Source: an uncultured Chloroflexia bacterium
GTDB taxonomy: Bacteria; Chloroflexota; Anaerolineae; B4-G1; SLSP01
Direction: 5' to 3'
NCBI GenBank assembly: GCA_963751345.1
Contig: CAVVUS010000020.1
Location: 1 to 39,530, forward strand
Length of the DNA stretch: 39,530 nucleotides
Shown piece after piece: positions 38,648 through 39,530 of this stretch. Made by a program: the position numbers and the translations under genes. The notes below the pieces were generated by a model. It did no database searches. It was not told the origin of the DNA and saw nothing but the letters and a program-made list of their open reading frames with translations. Positions within the stretch are counted from its first letter, which is position 1, and each line of letters starts with the position of its first letter.

Positions 38648-39463
38648 ATGGACCCAGAAGTTCGCTACAACATGCTCCGACCGGCGCAGATCGTGGCACG
38701 GCGCAACGCGTGCCCCGTCGTCTACATCCCCATCGGCACGCTCGAGTGGCACGGCGTCCACAACCCCGTGGGGGCCGACACGCTGCAGGCTGAAGGCCTG
38801 GCCCTGATGTGCGCGCAGCAGGGGGGCGGTCTCGTCTTCCCGCCGCTTTACTATGGCGAGACGCGTCTGGAGGCTCTGATGGAGGCGAATGCCGGAGACA
38901 GGGAGGCGATCGCCGCGAAAATGGAGCTCTCCCCGGACAATTTCCTCCCCGACAGACAGCCCTTCTCGGCGACCGAACAGGCGCTCAATTACCACAAGTT
39001 GCTGTTGCACATCCTCGCCGAGGCCGAGAGTCTCGGATTCAAGCTTGGCGTCATCGTGGCGGGCCACTATCCGCTCATTGACCATGCGCGCGCCGCCGTG
39101 CTGCAGTTCAACCAGCGCGAGTACAGCAAACGCCAGGGGATGCTCGCCTGGGCGTTCGTCGATTACCTGCTCGTCCAGCCGCAGTACCCTCACGCCGGCG
39201 ACCACGCGGCGGGCTGGGAGACCTCCCACGTGATGGCCCTCCATCCCGAGACGGTCGACCTGAACATGCTGCCGCCGAAAGGCGAGACGCTCATCGGGGT
39301 CGGCGGCACGATGCCGCCGCAGGACGCCACGGCAGCTTTTGGCCGGGAGACCTTGGAGGCCGCCGCGGAGATCGCGGTCAAGGAGGTCCAGCACCGGCTC
39401 GACCACCCCATGCTCTACCGGGGCCACGGCAACGGCCTGCGCGAGGGACTGTGGAGAATGTAA
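38648..39463 (+). CDS. Creatininase/creatinine amidohydrolase family protein
   Basis: PIGTLEWHG.H.P.GAD, AGHY, DHAAGWETS, P..VD. Confidence 0.85.
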   Translation: MDPEVRYNMLRPAQIVARRNACPVVYIPIGTLEWHGVHNPVGADTLQAEGLALMCAQQGGGLVFPPLYYGETRLEALMEANAGDREAIAAKMELSPDNFLPDRQPFSATEQALNYHKLLLHILAEAESLGFKLGVIVAGHYPLIDHARAAVLQFNQREYSKRQGMLAWAFVDYLLVQPQYPHAGDHAAGWETSHVMALHPETVDLNMLPPKGETLIGVGGTMPPQDATAAFGRETLEAAAEIAVKEVQHRLDHPMLYRGHGNGLREGLWRM

Positions 39464-39530
39464 GAGTCGGTTTCCAGTCGGCTAGACGTCCAAACGTGTG
39501 ACTTTACCCATGGACGCTGCCTTCGATAGC

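Noticed and set aside
39464-39500. Fifth ACGT-core array after the creatininase stop
   Set aside because: Only two weak units (GACGTCCA AACGTGTG) near the window edge.

Overview
GC-rich bacterial chromosomal window, most consistent with Chloroflexota/Anaerolineae (inferred from gene content and repeat style). Left to right: (1) a visibly AT-richer accessory segment (1-~3100) just downstream of a tRNA-Asp(GTC), carrying a serine hydrolase and a dimethylarginine dimethylaminohydrolase-type gene separated by two attC-like palindromes; (2) an SDR, ornithine aminotransferase rocD and an ABC-2/SpoIIM-type transporter; (3) a minus-strand dcw cluster mraZ-rsmH-ftsL-ftsI-murF-murD-ftsW-murG-cvpA-like-murC-murB-ddl-ftsQ-ftsA-ftsZ that lacks murE and mraY; (4) a divergent nurA + stand-alone HAS-barrel pair with no herA; (5) a sugar-acid/glycan catabolic region (eda, kdgK-like, LPXTG protein, sulfatase, dgoD, GH99-like, URO-D-like, uxuA, RraA, AKR, creatininase-like). 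About 15 apparent single-base insertions break otherwise intact genes, which points to read or assembly error. The most interesting non-standard signals are a four-helix-bundle gene inserted in an operon between two mutually inverted 7-nt tandem arrays, and a family of 8-nt ACGTT-core arrays that repeatedly start right at stop codons. Together they suggest a stop-codon-targeted, hairpin-forming repeat/insertion system. All calls were made by eye, without database searches.
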